Positions 12,368 through 25,466 of a stretch of DNA of 64,000 nt are shown in pieces (position 1 is the stretch's first letter; each line of letters begins with the position of its first letter). Below the pieces are notes generated by a model. It did not search any database, was not told where the DNA came from, and saw only the letters and a program-made list of their open reading frames with translations. The position numbers were made by a program, and so were the translations under genes. Source of the stretch: Aplysia californica (lineage: Eukaryota); assembly GCF_000002075.1 (NCBI RefSeq), contig NW_004797365.1, positions 896,900 to 960,899 of the forward strand, read 5' to 3'.

Positions 12368-12635
12368 CTGCTTTTTCTTTCCTAATCCTTACTATCGTCA
12401 TTTTCCTCTACTTCTTTTGTATGTTTGTCACACTCTTGTGACCCGGTATTTCTTGGGAACCTTGATAGTCGAAGCAAAATTTGTGCTGTTGAAGAAAGAG
12501 AGGTGAGTAGAGTAAGCCTGATTCCCTGTACTGTAAGGACTTCTCTGTTGACATCAACCTCTTGGCACTCATATGACCTTATGTAGATAGTTGCAAGCGC
12601 CACAAGACCTCTACTAAACTAAAACAAAACAAATG
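12368..12635 (+). mobile_element. 5'-truncated retroposon (tail family B)
   Basis: Inverted homologue of 9785-10028, ending in an actaaactaaaac tail. Confidence 0.75.
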
Positions 12636-12669
12636 AAAAGTGAGCACTTGACAGAACCCATAATACCGA

Positions 12670-12840
12670 CATCTATGGAGTGGCAGTTAGGCACTTTGCC
12701 GCTGCGTGCAGGAGATCTAAGTTTAAATCCAGAGTAGGGAGATTTTTATCAAGTATTTTGTCTTTCTGCTACATACTGTTTCCCTCTCAGCCAGGCTGGC
12801 CCCAACAGGCAGGGACGGAAACCTTCCTCTTAAATCTATT
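12670..12840 (+). mobile_element. Short degenerate tRNA-headed SINE (second family)
   Basis: A/B-box remnants; 3' part ccctctcagcc..tggccc..ggcaggg..cttaaat is shared with 38568-38731 (-). Confidence 0.55.
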
Positions 12841-13604
12841 ATCTAAATTGTCGTTGGGGACCTAAAAATTAAAAACAGCTACCGGTACCAGTACATTTAC
12901 CAGTACATTCTTTTTAAAAAGAACCCTAAAGGTTAAAGTAAACACCACATTATGTTCGCATTCATAGTTCACAGAGATTGAAGGCCATCCCACTTTCATT
13001 TTCTGACCTCCAGAGTAGAGAAGCACATCGACATGATGAACTGTCATTTAGAGCAAGGAAAAAGCAAGAACAGACAGAAGCAACGAAAGGAAAGGAAAAA
13101 AGTACTGTACCAGTAGTACCTACCAACCAGTGGTGCCCTCCAACCACCTGCTCCACCAATTAGCTCTCTGCTGTTCTATCAATGGGGGGGAGAAATTCAA
13201 ACTAACATTACGCAGTCACAACAAGTATCCTTGCTCATTGTGAAAAAAAACAGAGCCAGAAGATGCATTTCCCTGCAACTGCCTTTAGTGGGACAAACTG
13301 TTCAGTGCATGTTTAGACTTAAGTAGAGGCACAATCACTTCTAAACCCATACTTTTTTCCCCTAAACAACATAGTCATACCAGAAAGGCATTGGTCTTGT
13401 TGTAGCCCAGCTTTGCAGGAACCAGTCTAGACAGCCAGATATGTAGCACCACAGACTTGTATGCAACTTATTACCTCCATCACTGTATTCCACCCAGGAA
13501 CAAAAAGTACAGTACCACCATGGCTCTTTCACACTTCGGCTGACTGTCCTTGCCCAGTGCACGTAGAACTCTAGAACCCCGATCCCCAGACACAAACAAA
13601 GGTA

Positions 13605-14631
13605 CAGTAGTCTCCGCCTCAACGCACGGTGCTCGGGAGGGATCCTGAGCGTGTGTTTATACGGAGCGTGCGTTTACATGAACCTTTGCAAGGGGAGGAA
13701 GGGACGCTGTCATCTCAATTCCTTATTACTCTGGTGATCTCCCTTGGAGGAGGGGGTCATTTTGGCAGATAATGTGACGATACGTGGCTGTTTTGTGAAG
13801 GATTCCCCGAGTCCCCGACAGGGGTTAAGAATACAAAGGGGGGACAAACACAAAGTAATGAATATGCACTATAAACGTCGGGAACAGATAGCCTATGAGG
13901 AAACGGTTGGTGATAGTCATAGAGACAACGGACCAGCCACATGGCTTTCCAAGCAACCGCCCCGACCGTAAATTCATGCAGAATCATCTTCGAGAAACAT
14001 TTTGTCTTGTGATTCGTTGAACAAGTAGATCTACGTTATAAGTTCTTCGAGCGCAGCTTATTAGGCTTACTTGGCTACTCTTTAATTCTATAGAGGCCTG
14101 TCTAGTGTTTTACGACATTTACACATATCGCGCATCAGGTCTAGATCTAATTAACCATTACACGCAGTCACTCAAACACCAGTCAGAAACCATCTCTTAA
14201 AGATACATTTCCAGTGACCAATCAAAAAACATTTCAGTCCCCCCAATCCCATCCACCCCCCCCCCAACATTTAACCGACCAGCCCGAGACCGAGACCTAT
14301 GCGTCAGTGGAAAGTAGGGTGTGTAAACGCTGTCTATCACTCTCTTTGTCCGGCGTGAGGGGCACTCTCACCAAGTATCCGGTTTTCTAGTAAATTCTAG
14401 GCTTGCCTTATGCAGGCTGTGCAGGTTGTAGTGAAAATTTTCCCTTGCCAAATTTAACTTGACGCCATGTTCCGCGGATCGGAGCGTGCGTTTAGAGGGA
14501 GTGACCGTGCGTTTGCACGTCTAAATTATATAGTAAAAAACCTGTCAGAGGACGAAAGCGTGCATTTGAGCGGAGCGTGCATTTGAGCGGAGCGTGCTTT
14601 TGTATGGCGTGCGTTTAGGCGGAGACTACTG
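13605..14631. mobile_element. Tc1/mariner-pogo type non-autonomous element
   Basis: TA-CAGTAGTCTCCGCCTCAACGCACG ... CGTGCGTTTAGGCGGAGACTACTG-TA; subterminal ggagcgtgc repeats. Confidence 0.9.
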
Positions 14632-14761
14632 TATGAAAATGACAAGCATTTTGGTACTCTAGCCGACTGACCACACCCAGAAAATTAGCCTACACATAAA
14701 AATGTCCAGTAAAAAAATCAAAGTCACCCTGAGCAAATGAATTTTACTAAAGGAATAGAAA

Positions 14762-14767
14762 TTTATT
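14762..14767 (-). terminator. Candidate SIRT1 polyadenylation signal AATAAA
   Basis: tttatt on + about 570 nt past the stop codon, in AT-rich UTR-like sequence. Confidence 0.4.
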
Positions 14768-15333
14768 TCAGTTGAATAATGACATTTGACTTGGTAATAA
14801 TATTTGCATTTCCACAAGACAAAAAAAGTCATTATGCACTGTACACTTTTTATAGAATTTATGGACACAATGTCAAATTACATTCAGATACAACAGTCTT
14901 TAGAAATTGTGGTAAGTTCATTCAGTAGGCAATTATGATTTTTTATACATTTGAATGTATAATATAAGATGTCGGTAACATTCACTACATACAGATTAAC
15001 TTTCCTCATTGGCTCTGTGTTAGTGATACTGCAACAAAATTACAAGACAGATACTGTCAAGAAAAGGCAATACATATATTATGAAGCATAAATATGAGCA
15101 TAGGGCAGAAGACACTTTTAATGGCCCACCCAGAATTGAGTGCAGGACATAGTAACATTGTGATTATCAACTTTCAAAACCGTCCCCATTGGATAATCAA
15201 AGTTTTTTTTTTTACACAGAGCCACAGAGATAACCAACACAAAAATGTGAGCACATTCTTTACATCTTTGAAGAAGGCATATTCTGGAAATGTTCTGTCT
15301 TGGAAGTATAAAAAAAGGCATCCCCCATTTTCC

Positions 15334-15782
15334 TCAAGCAGCTGAATTTTCACCACTTGAGTCCGCCTCATTTTGTTTTGGTTTCGCACTTACTTTCAGG
15401 TCACCCACTTCATCAGATGCACATGGTGCGTCATGACAATTTTTGTCCATTACGCTACAGGACGATGTGCATGGGTCACTAGCAGAGACTTCCACTATAG
15501 TAGATTCTACCCTTCCATTTGCAGCTTTTCCAACATTAGTGTCTGTCACAATATCTGTCACCTCTTTCACAGGAGGATCATCTGTGGTACTTGCCAGAGT
15601 GCTTCCAGTGGGCTCTGACAATTCCAAGGCGCAGTTCATTTCCTCGTCGCTGTCGCTTGATGAACTGCTGCTTTCATTTCTAGCGTCACTTTCGTCATCA
15701 GAGTCATCACTGTCACCACCAGAAAAAACCTCGGCTCCCTTGAAGACATAGCAGCTCGGGGGCAAAAACAGAACTTGGTCGT
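15334..15782 (-). CDS. SIRT1: SIRT1 terminal coding exon with C-terminal regulatory (CTR/ESA) segment
   Basis: cattAG|ACGACCAA; DDQVLFLPPSCYVFKGAEVF resembles human QYLFLPPNRYIFHGAEVY; acidic SD tract; TGA at 15334-15336. Confidence 0.9.
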
Positions 15783-16309
15783 CTAATGGGAGAAAAAGAG
15801 AAAAAAAAGCATTCTTAGCAGATTTGTTAATAATATTAGGGATTTGACTCATCTTATTTCTAAATCATATCGCAGTCTTTGAAAACAAAATAAAATACAG
15901 AAATCCAGGCCAGCGAGTCTTATGCAACAGCAATCACCGACTTTCTGAAGTCACAAAAAAATGGGAGAAATCAAATTTTACCAAGGTAGTTGACACATAA
16001 TTAAATGTATTTCTTAAAAAATAGAGAAACTTTGAACTACTGCTGAACAAAGGAGAAAACCAAATAGAGCAGTTAGACCAGCTCCACTTAATCTTGAGAA
16101 TCGCAAGGTTTCATATTGAATATTTTGGTCTCTTTCTCTCATGCCCTTTCCCAGTTTTATCACTGGTAAGTGCAACAGCATTGTGTACCAAATAAAATCA
16201 AAGTGAGAGCAGAGAATTTCTCATATCAGATGACTGTGTTACCACGGAATGCCATACACCACAAGTGACTTAAAAACTAGATCTTGACGGAACCTTACAC
16301 TACGATTAA

Positions 16310-16985
16310 GACACATTACACGTGGGAATTTCCTTACGCGCTCCACCGTAACTTGCCCGGAATCGCCCGCGCTGACCTAGCGACTTTAGAAACAAATTCT
16401 TGCCTTGATAAACTCTGGGGCCGAAACTTTGATTTACATAGTTATTGAAAAATGTTTCTTCTTTCATTTCATACTGAAACAAAAGTTTTCTGGCCAGTAG
16501 TTTTAGTATTACAGCCGATCGAAGTGAGATCGCGTTTCCGACACTTCGAAGGCGTCTCGACTTGTTGAAAAGCAACACAACTGAGTTTGAAAAAGGAAAT
16601 AACGATGGATTTGAGCAAAAACAAGCATATGACAAATCAGATGAAACAGATATCGATGAAATCATTGTAGCAAAAGTTGGGGGCGATTCAGATTGATCAG
16701 ATGTAGAATTGAGATCTAGGGCCCGACCATGAGGCTGAGAGCGAGAATGACGGGTCGGACACCCCAATTGAACTAAAGTTAAAACATTTCTAACAGTTTG
16801 CACATAAAGTTATATTTTTCTGTAACTACATTCATTTTCCTTTCTAACTTTTATTTTTTCAGTTATTTAGTATTTTTTTAAAGTGTTTTTTAAATGCTTG
16901 TATTCACATAAGGTGGGTTCCTTCCCCTTGCTTAGGATCTAGGAGGAATGGACTTCCCGTCCAGACCCTTAGGGTGTATTATGTC
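16310..16985. mobile_element. Probable decayed non-autonomous DNA transposon
   Basis: CpG-rich block in the intron with weak IR gacacattacac / gtgtattatgtc. Confidence 0.35.
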
Positions 16986-17451
16986 AAAGAGCCTAACATA
17001 TTTTGCATGAAGTTCTGGAAATAGCCACCAGAGACTGTTCATTTCTGTTCAATTCACCCACACAAAGACAATGCTGACTTTTTTCAACGATTGGGACATT
17101 TTCACACAGGCTTGATGATCCAGGTTATTTCAAGAAACAACCATTTCCATAAATTTCAACCTTTACTACAACCTGGTATTTTTGCCTTCATTCACCTGCA
17201 AAAAAAAAAAGGACAAAAATTTAAAAATCCACATCCCGTTGAGAAATATCCTTGCCCTCGATACGGGAAACACTCAGTGATTCCATTCCAAAAACTGACC
17301 TACCCGATACGAAAAAAAAAAAGCACCTTATTTACCCTCCCTACGCTAGCAATGAAATGTGCAGCTGTATATCCCTTTAACTAAAATCATGTGCAGTCTT
17401 ATAACAGAACCTAACGATGGATGACATTTAAAAAAACAGCACTATACAAAC

Positions 17452-18564
17452 CTGACAATCTTGTTGCAAGACTAACTCTTTTGGCTTGCCACATCTTTCT
17501 GATATCCCCTAGCGAGTCGATCTGAGAGCTGTCGTCTCCCGATCCAGTTCCTTCTGCGGGCTGATCATCTCCATCCTCCAGCTCAGGCTGTGAGCTCAGC
17601 TTTATCTTTTTAGCATTTGGCCCATCCTCCCCACCAGGAGGAGACTCACTGTCCGGATCACGCTTCTCCTCTTGTGTCCCAGACAATGAGCATGGTTGCT
17701 GTTGGTCTGTACCATGCTGATCGCTTTCTGCGACCTGAGCACGCTCGTGGTGGTGGTGAGATTTTCTGGGCGAGTCATGGTCTGAGTGAACAGCATGGTG
17801 GTGGTGATGATGGTGACTACTGTTTTGCTGTTGTTGTGACTGCTCGCCCCCGCTGGGCATGTACAAGACATCCTTTCTGTGACCAGCGCTCACAATCGTT
17901 TCAATCGTCTCGGCAGAGCAACAGCAGGGATCGGAGCCCCTCTCCTCATTATTAGTAGAAGTTGGTTCAGATTCAGACTTACTAGAGCTAGCAAGGTCAG
18001 AAAACGGCCGCTTCAAAGAATGACTCTGAACTGAACTTTTGCCTTTCCTTGGTGACTGGCTGCCTTCTCTACTCTTCATTGCCTGCTCATGTTGCTGCTC
18101 TTCTTTAGTGTTGTGGCAAACAGTCAAAGGCTTTGCGCCTTTTTCTTCTGTGGGCTCTGACACCTCAGACTGCTTGAGGTGACGAGACGTTGCGGTAGAA
18201 GTTGTGACATCGCTATCTCCCTCCGGTTTCGCTTCTGACATGTCCTCAGCAGAAGACGACGAAGGGCCTCTCATGTCAGTAGGTGCCGAGGATGAATCAG
18301 CCACCTCTTTTACAATAGTTGACAGGGAAGGCAAGGAGTGGGAATCCTCAGACCATGGACTGCGAGGTGGTGTTGGAAGAGCAGAGAGGGAAACTTCGGT
18401 CAACGGTGGTCCAGGCTGAGCCAGTTGTTCCCAGCCATCACCCAGACGTCGACAAAGGTCAGCCACGATGTCGTCGCAATTTCCCAACAGCTCCACATCA
18501 AAGTTTAAGTACGGGAGGCGCTCTCTGTTGATCAGTATTTGAGGTATGTTTGCAGGCAAGGAAT
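17452..18564 (-). CDS. SIRT1: SIRT1 coding exon 9 (end of catalytic domain plus long low-complexity linker)
   Basis: ttccAG|ATTCCTTG; NSLPANIPQILINRE...FDVELLGNCD then ~325 aa Ser/Glu/His-rich open frame; donor G|GTttg at 17451. Confidence 0.9.
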
Positions 18565-19006
18565 CTGGAACACACAGAAGATTTTAATGCAATTTTGGTT
18601 AACCGGTTACAATATCAAATGCACTTTTTGTATCCATAGTAAATAAATATATAAATACGAAAACAACAACAGAATAATTCAGACCCCAACCTCAATCTTA
18701 TGTACCCTGATCAAAATCTTGATTAACAGTACAGTGCCACAGCAGCTGGTATTCCCACACGGAAACTGAGGTTAAAGTCAGAGAGTGCGAGAGAACAACA
18801 ACTGCGCAATGTGATTTTTCAGACTTCATAAAACACAAAACAAAGGCCTTCATTGACAAAAAATATAATTTATCACTGGTACATAAACAGCCAAATAACA
18901 AACACATTTATAGAAATTTAGACAGGAAGCTGAAACATGCTAAGGTTATAGCCATTTTTCTCCAAACCTTTTACACTATTTGTTAAAAAACGAAGTATAT
19001 CTTTAA

Positions 19007-19915
19007 CTCACTGACTACGGATCCCGTCTCGGGTACGGGCAGGCGGTCGGTTCGCAGATACGGATCTCGTACCCCCGACGGAATGGACTTTGCGGCTTTG
19101 TTCCTTATCTTGTGCTCCCGTCACATGTACGAGAACAGACTCCAGTGCTAGTTTTGCCTCTTGTTTCGTTTGGTGCCGAGTTTGGCGGAGGTTTCGTGGT
19201 AACTTTTTAAGCAATTGAAGGTGAAAGACAGTCACCTCATCTGGGGTTGACCTTACCGGAACTCGTGCTATGTTTTTTCTATACAAATGATAGTAATCCG
19301 ACAGTCGCGTCGAAGTAACGGTCGCATGAACAAGAATCACATAATTTCACTGTTTTCGATACTTCTGTACGTTTTGCTAGTTCTAGTGACTCAGGATATG
19401 ATGTGTCTGATAGTTACGATCCTGGATATTTACCCGAACACAGCCCGAGTCGTAGTTTTAGGGCTAGATCTAGCACTAGTACTGTTGTTGTTGTTCGCGC
19501 GACGAAATCACAACTTCGTTTCCTACATCTGTCTCATGTAATTCAGTGTATGGGTCTGAATAAACACACAGAGCAGCTTTTATATTTTAACCAAACACTC
19601 ACACATGGATACAAATCAAAACAGAACACTTTGAACTTTTATTTTTGTGGTTGTTTGGAATTTCATTGTCATGTCTCTGGAAATTTTTCGAAAAATCAAA
19701 TTCATTCCAACTTTGAAACAATCATAAGAATCAAAGTATTAGACCTAGAGAACTTAAATTTTTTTTTAATAGATTAAATTTGAAAGTTACTTTACTGTGT
19801 CAAAAAATAATTACAATAGGGTAATTCTGAGAGTTGTGGTGATGTTTTTGAAATACCCAAAAAAATGCTAGTACTCAGCGCCAGTGATTTGTGAAAGGGG
19901 TCAGTAGTCAGTGAG
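19007..19915. mobile_element. TTAA-flanked non-autonomous DNA transposon
   Basis: TTAA-CTCACTGACTAC ... GTAGTCAGTGAG-TTAA. Confidence 0.88.
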
Positions 19916-19980
19916 TTAAAACTACTCAAGATCTTTGAAAAATATTAAAATCAGCTTGTTCAGCATTGAATTTGCTTTAA

Positions 19981-22327
19981 GGGGAGGCGGCTAATGAAAA
20001 TGCCAAAACTCAGTTCAAACCATTTTGTAGCCACTTTGTATGCATCAATGGATACATACACTTTAAAAACGAGGTTTTGTGAAATAAAAAATTCATTTTT
20101 TATTTTTTTGTTCTTGTGGCGGCAAAAAATGGTGCTGATTCAGCAAAATTTCTTTATATTTTGTAAACAGTGTTTCTACAAAACAAATAAAGATACAAGC
20201 TTCATACTTGGTATATATGCTATATATTGCTTGCTTCTCCTCCTTACAGAATCAAATTTCAAATATCTATTATACATTTTCCAAATTTTACCCTCACTTT
20301 GACCAATGTTCAGAATTCCATATTAGGCGATGCGGAAACGCAAAAATGCCAAATAACTCAAGACAGAATCAATATTCAGGAAAAGTGCTTTTGTAAGGAG
20401 GAAGGCACTTATCTTGGGAATAATGTGTGAAAATTTCAATGAAATCTGACTGTCAGTTATTGAGATACACTTTCTATAAAGTTACCAGTTAGCGGAAAAT
20501 GCAATTTCGAGAAAAACGCAAACAAAGTTTTCGAAACATTGTGCAATCACAACCATCTCGGTTTTCACTAAAATCCAACATTATTCAGCAACATACACCA
20601 CGTTTAAACAGCACAGGCTATTTACCCCCCCCCCCACCCCACCCCCAGCTGTCCTCTCACAATTGAATCTCCGCCCCAAGAAAGTAAACTCTCATTTGTC
20701 TTTCAGTTTCTGTTCTTAAATGGGAGAAGAAGCTAAAATATCTATGTAAGGTAATAGGACATTCAAGGGCTTGTGTGAAAATTTCAACCAACTCTGACTG
20801 TACTTTTCCGAGATCTAATCAAAATAGTGCAGCAGATTTGGCAGAAAAGTAATTTCGAGAAAAACGCGAATAAAGATTTTGCACGCTAACAATGACATGC
20901 CCGTCTAAATTTATATGTTAATGTTGCCATACTGAATTGTTTAGGTAAATTGAGTTTGTTGTTAGTCTTTTCCACATTAATAAATCTGTAAATGATTTGG
21001 CAGGTGACTGCCTTTCTTAGAATTAGAAGAGTCGAGACTTTGTCGAGCCCCCCCAAAAAAGCTGCTACCTCTCCTTCATTTTCTTCCCATGTGTTTTGGT
21101 TTTGCAATGGTGGAATCTAAGACTATGCAACCAAGAAAAGCACACTGTAAGCTGGCACTACATGATACTACATGTATCTAGATCTGTATATTTTCTCAAT
21201 TTATTTTATCCTATCTATATATTTCTGCACAGTCGCTTTCAATCTTGCTTGAAGGGGTTAGCCGGCTTTGGGAACACTGGTCTCCGATTTTTTTAAACCC
21301 AATAATAATAAAGTAAAAAAATTGTTTTAAATAGCACTTGGCCTTAGAGATTTCTATTGCTAGATCTAGATCTGCGCTAAACAGACTTGTTCACTGCGAA
21401 CAACCGGAGAGGCTAGGGAAGCCATCAAAACAAAATTTATCCTAGATCTAGAATCTAGATTCTAATTCTAAAAACTTCGTTGATCGAGCGCAACGTATAT
21501 CTGTAGATCTATACTTTGAATACCCCAGCCACATAATCATGGAAAGTACTGAAGGCCATTATGTATTATATGTATAATCTCAACAGTTTAGATCCTGGAT
21601 TAGCTCACTCAAAACGACTAAGACTAAGACATCGAATCGAATCACAATCAGATAGACAGACGAGAGAAGACGAATAAGAAGGAGCATGTGTTCGGTAGGC
21701 CTTGTCGGGCCGAAATACTACACAAAATTGCAGATGGAGATGATAACAATAATTATTCAGCCTGTAAACAAGATTTATTAGCGTTGAAATTGGCAACACG
21801 ATAGAAAACTCTTTGAAACGCAGTGAAAACGTTCACATTCTGTCTTGCGGCACGCAGTGTAAACAATGGCCCGTGAGGGGAATCCCCTTCATTGCTACCG
21901 GCTCAGCGAATGAAAATTCACAGTCCGGTCACGTGACGTAAGTGGCCAACCGGTATTTGGTACGGGGTCTTCAAAAAATACCTAAATGGGTCCCCAGAGT
22001 AGTTCCGCACGAAAACGAAAGTGCAATAAAGGAATAGTTCTTATCACTGCCTTTCCAACGATACCAAACTTGATTACCTTGCAGCCACGGAAAGTGATGT
22101 TGTCAAGGTGTAAAGTTTAGCATTTGTTGACGTTTTGTTTGAATTTTTTTGCCCCCCCTACCGCTTTCAAATACATTTTTATATATATTAGAGGTCTCTT
22201 TAGGTTTTGGGACCTTCACAAACAGATTTTTTACATATTTTTCTGTAAGAATATCCAAATACTCGAAGTTCCATTTTTTTTTAGCAAATACCCAATTTTC
22301 TAGGGGATCGAGACCCGCGGATTCCCT
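19981..22327. mobile_element. Kolobok-like non-autonomous element(s), possibly composite
   Basis: TTAA-GGGGAGGCGG ... CCGCGGATTCCCT-TTAA; internal duplication tgtgtgaaaatttcaa...aatttcgagaaaaacgc at ~20425 and ~20773. Confidence 0.5.
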
Positions 22328-22909
22328 TTAAAAAAAGCCCTTATTTCAATATCCAAAATTTTGGACAATTGGGACTTTTCTCTTGGCACACACTTATTTT
22401 ACTGCTTCAAAAAACAGACCTGCCAACCCCTCCATGACCAAACACAAGTTTTCCTCAAAATCCTCCCCAAAATTTGAAGTTTGAGGGGAAAGAAAATCGG
22501 AGTCTAGAGAAACCCAGTAGATCAAAAATATGTTATGAACCGAACGCGGCAAATAAAGGTGTATTGTAAATGCATCCAGGTAGGGTAGAAATGATTATTT
22601 TCATGACATTTACAATAAGTCAAACAAATATTTGCATATAGTCGTTGCAGGATTCTAAACGGATTACTCAGTTTCTCTGAATTTTACAGAAGAGTACAAA
22701 ACTAAAAAGCAAGGCTGTTATACACATTTTAGCTGTTTAGATTCCAACGTTGTTGCTACTGTTTGGATAGGTTAATCTGGCTGAAAGTTGTTTATAGGAT
22801 GTGTTGTATGTTAGTCAGAACTTAAAGAAAAGACAAAAACTACTTGCAGCATTAGTAGTGACATGAAACAATGAAATAAAACTTGCAAAATAATCCTGCT
22901 ATCACTTAC

Positions 22910-23096
22910 TTGGAATCAAGGCCACAGGACGAACTTTCAGGGAAGAACCAATGACAATCAGAAGGTCACATTCATCCTTGTCTAAAGCCATCAGATTATG
23001 GAACTGTTCTGGCAAACTCTCCCCGAAGAACACAATGTCTGGTTTCATGACAGCATTACCTGCTGATGGGGTGCATTTGGGACAGGGAGGAATGAC
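22910..23096 (-). CDS. SIRT1: SIRT1 coding exon 8
   Basis: VIPPCPKC...[13 protein letters not shown]...[19 protein letters not shown]; cAG / GTaagt. Confidence 0.97.
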
Positions 23097-23229
23097 CTGA
23101 AGGACAATAAAAAAGGAACTATCAGGGAGCGTAAAGGAGCTCAATAAATCATTATCTTGAATGACATTACAGCATGAACTGCTATCATGATATATTACTG
23201 GTAAATCTCAGAATAGCAGACCTCATACA

Positions 23230-23757
23230 GGGGTCTCTCGTGGCCTAGAGGTTAAGGTGTTGGCCTCTCATTCAAAGGTCCCGGGTTCGATTCCGGGTAG
23301 CGACCAAAAAATTTTCTTCTCTAAAATTGTCTCCTTTCATATCCTTTCCTGATCTCTAACAATGTTCTGTTGTCTGCTTTCATTTCCACTTTCTGCCCCC
23401 ACCCCCTCACCTCCTTTGCCCCCTCCTCTAGGCTCCTGACTCTTTCTGCAGCCTTTCTACTGCTACTCCTTGGCTCCTCCTAACTGCTGTCTTTCTGCCA
23501 CACCCCTGATCTTCTGGTAGGAAAGATCTACACCTAGCCTTCTCGGACAAGGGCGAAAAATCTCTGAGGGCCCGTGTGCAAGTTGCGCACGTTAAAGATC
23601 ACTTGGTGGTCTAAAATCGATAAGAGTAGGCTTCGGCCGCCACCCGGGCAAAATTCAAAATTTCCTACCAACGAAAAAGTATTAGGTGTGTCCCGCGCGC
23701 TCATATGACCTTATGCAGTTGCGAGCGCCGTAAAACCCTATACTAAACAAACAAACA
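23230..23757 (+). mobile_element. Full-length tRNA-headed Deu/Nin-domain SINE
   Basis: A box, B box GGTTCGATTCC, pyrimidine-rich body, Deu-like core (ctcggac...ggcccgtgt...gcacgttaaagatc...aagagtagg), stem-loop tail, (CAAA)n; 12-bp TSD agacctcataca. Confidence 0.92.
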
Positions 23758-23797
23758 AGACCTCATACAAGTACAGTCAATCCCTTTTTTGTTTTTG

Positions 23798-23868
23798 TAA
23801 AGTGTTTTACGGCGCTCGCAACTGCATAGGTCATATGAGCGCGCGGGACACTCCTAATATTTTCAGTT
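23798..23868 (-). mobile_element. SINE 3' tail fragment
   Basis: Reverse complement of 23670-23740. Confidence 0.8.
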
Positions 23869-24665
23869 TCTAGACTTGCACACATTTTCAGAACATGAAA
23901 AAAAAATTTTTTAAACAAAACAAGTAGACTCCATACCATATAAGCGGTGTCGTGCTATATTTGACTCAAATACGCCAGACTAAGAAAACAAAGTTGAAAA
24001 TCATGTACCTAGCGTAATGACAGCTGTCTTATGATTCTCCTCATGTTACGGATAACAGGCTGTATATTTTCTCTTCTAAAAAAATCAAACAAGGGTAAAA
24101 ATCCTTACTTTTTCCTATCATCGATAACAATGATATATTTATTTTTACTTGAAACCTATTTCAGCATAAGACCTCTGCTTTCTGCATTGATTGCAGAGTT
24201 CATTTACAGTAACTTCGGTCTCATTTTGAAAGACAGTACTTATATGATCCTTTTTCTGTAGACACGCACAACTGCCAACTTTTAAAAAAACCAAAAAAAA
24301 CAGACACTACCCACAAAGTGGGTCAAGATTGTGGGCATTGGCCAAGTAAACCCCCCCCAACCTTTCACACACACTTTTTTGCTGTCAATAAATTCTAGCT
24401 ATTCAGAGAGAAGCCGCAGCAAAAGATCTCTTCAATTGACTTGTGGGCTTCATTTTCATAATCATTTTCAATTCAAGTCTTGAAAGTTCATAAATTTCAT
24501 CAGTTTCGGCAAATCCATTATAAGGAGAAAAACTAGAAAACATTACACCGATTTTTCCTATACGAAAACAAAAATGTATTAAATACATTTTCTACTTACT
24601 TGTAAGCAGTTATGTACACACATTAGAAAATACAACAAATTTATAGAAGATAATAATCACAAAAC

Positions 24666-24745
24666 CTGATTGACAATATCTTCTTTGATGGCATCCGAAT
24701 CCACTTTGAGTCCACAAATGGTGCAGGTGGCTGACGCAAAAGATC
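24666..24745 (-). CDS. SIRT1: SIRT1 coding exon 7
   Basis: ttttcAG|GATCTTTTGCG...AATCAG|GTttt; (G)SFASATCTICGLKVDSDAIKEDIVNQ, first CxxC. Confidence 0.93.
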
Positions 24746-25318
24746 CTGAAAACATTTGACATTGAAAGAGTGACTCATAATTTGATGAAAATGAACTAAC
24801 TTATTTTTCACATTATTCCATTTTTTTTTTACGTAAAAATTGGAAAACACCACAAACACTTGGTTTTTTAAAATTATCATATAAATTATGGATATGTTTA
24901 TCAAAACAAAAACTTGTCACAGCAGTAGTGGCCTAGAGATACAATACACTATGGTTTCAAATTCAAGAGTAATTTCTTTTCAATCATTTAATCATGCACT
25001 TTTCGATGCTCCAATTATCTCCCACAAAGTCATGCAACATGATGTACTGACCGAAGGCAAAACACCACTGACCTCTTCAGGAAATTGAAAATCCCAAGCC
25101 ACACATAAGTATGGATACCATCAGTATCCACTGAAATACTAGACAGATGCATGCCTTTCCCACAATTCTTTTTTTTTTCTAGTTGACATAAAAATAGCCA
25201 AGCAAATAAAAAAGTTTCAAAATATCAACTGGACTGAAATATTTCACAGTTTAACTTGAACACCCCACAAATATCAGACACCCCCAACTACACTACATAG
25301 TAATACAACTTATCTCAC

Positions 25319-25466
25319 CATGACATTGCACTACTCTTTCTATTCCAGCAACCTGCTCCAATGTGTCAATGTTTTGGGTATAGTTTCTCAGCAATTTTCC
25401 ATTCTCTTCAAGAGCTCTGATAAAATGGTGACAGAGCGAAGGCTTGAACTGGCCTGGGTAGATTTC
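25319..25466 (-). CDS. SIRT1: SIRT1 coding exon 6
   Basis: EIYPGQFKPS...LLRNYTQNIDTLEQVAGI...QCH(G); cAG / GTgag. Confidence 0.97.

Noticed and set aside
23230-23305. tRNA gene
   Set aside because: A and B boxes are present, but it is the head of a TSD-flanked multi-copy SINE (also at 342 and 55733).
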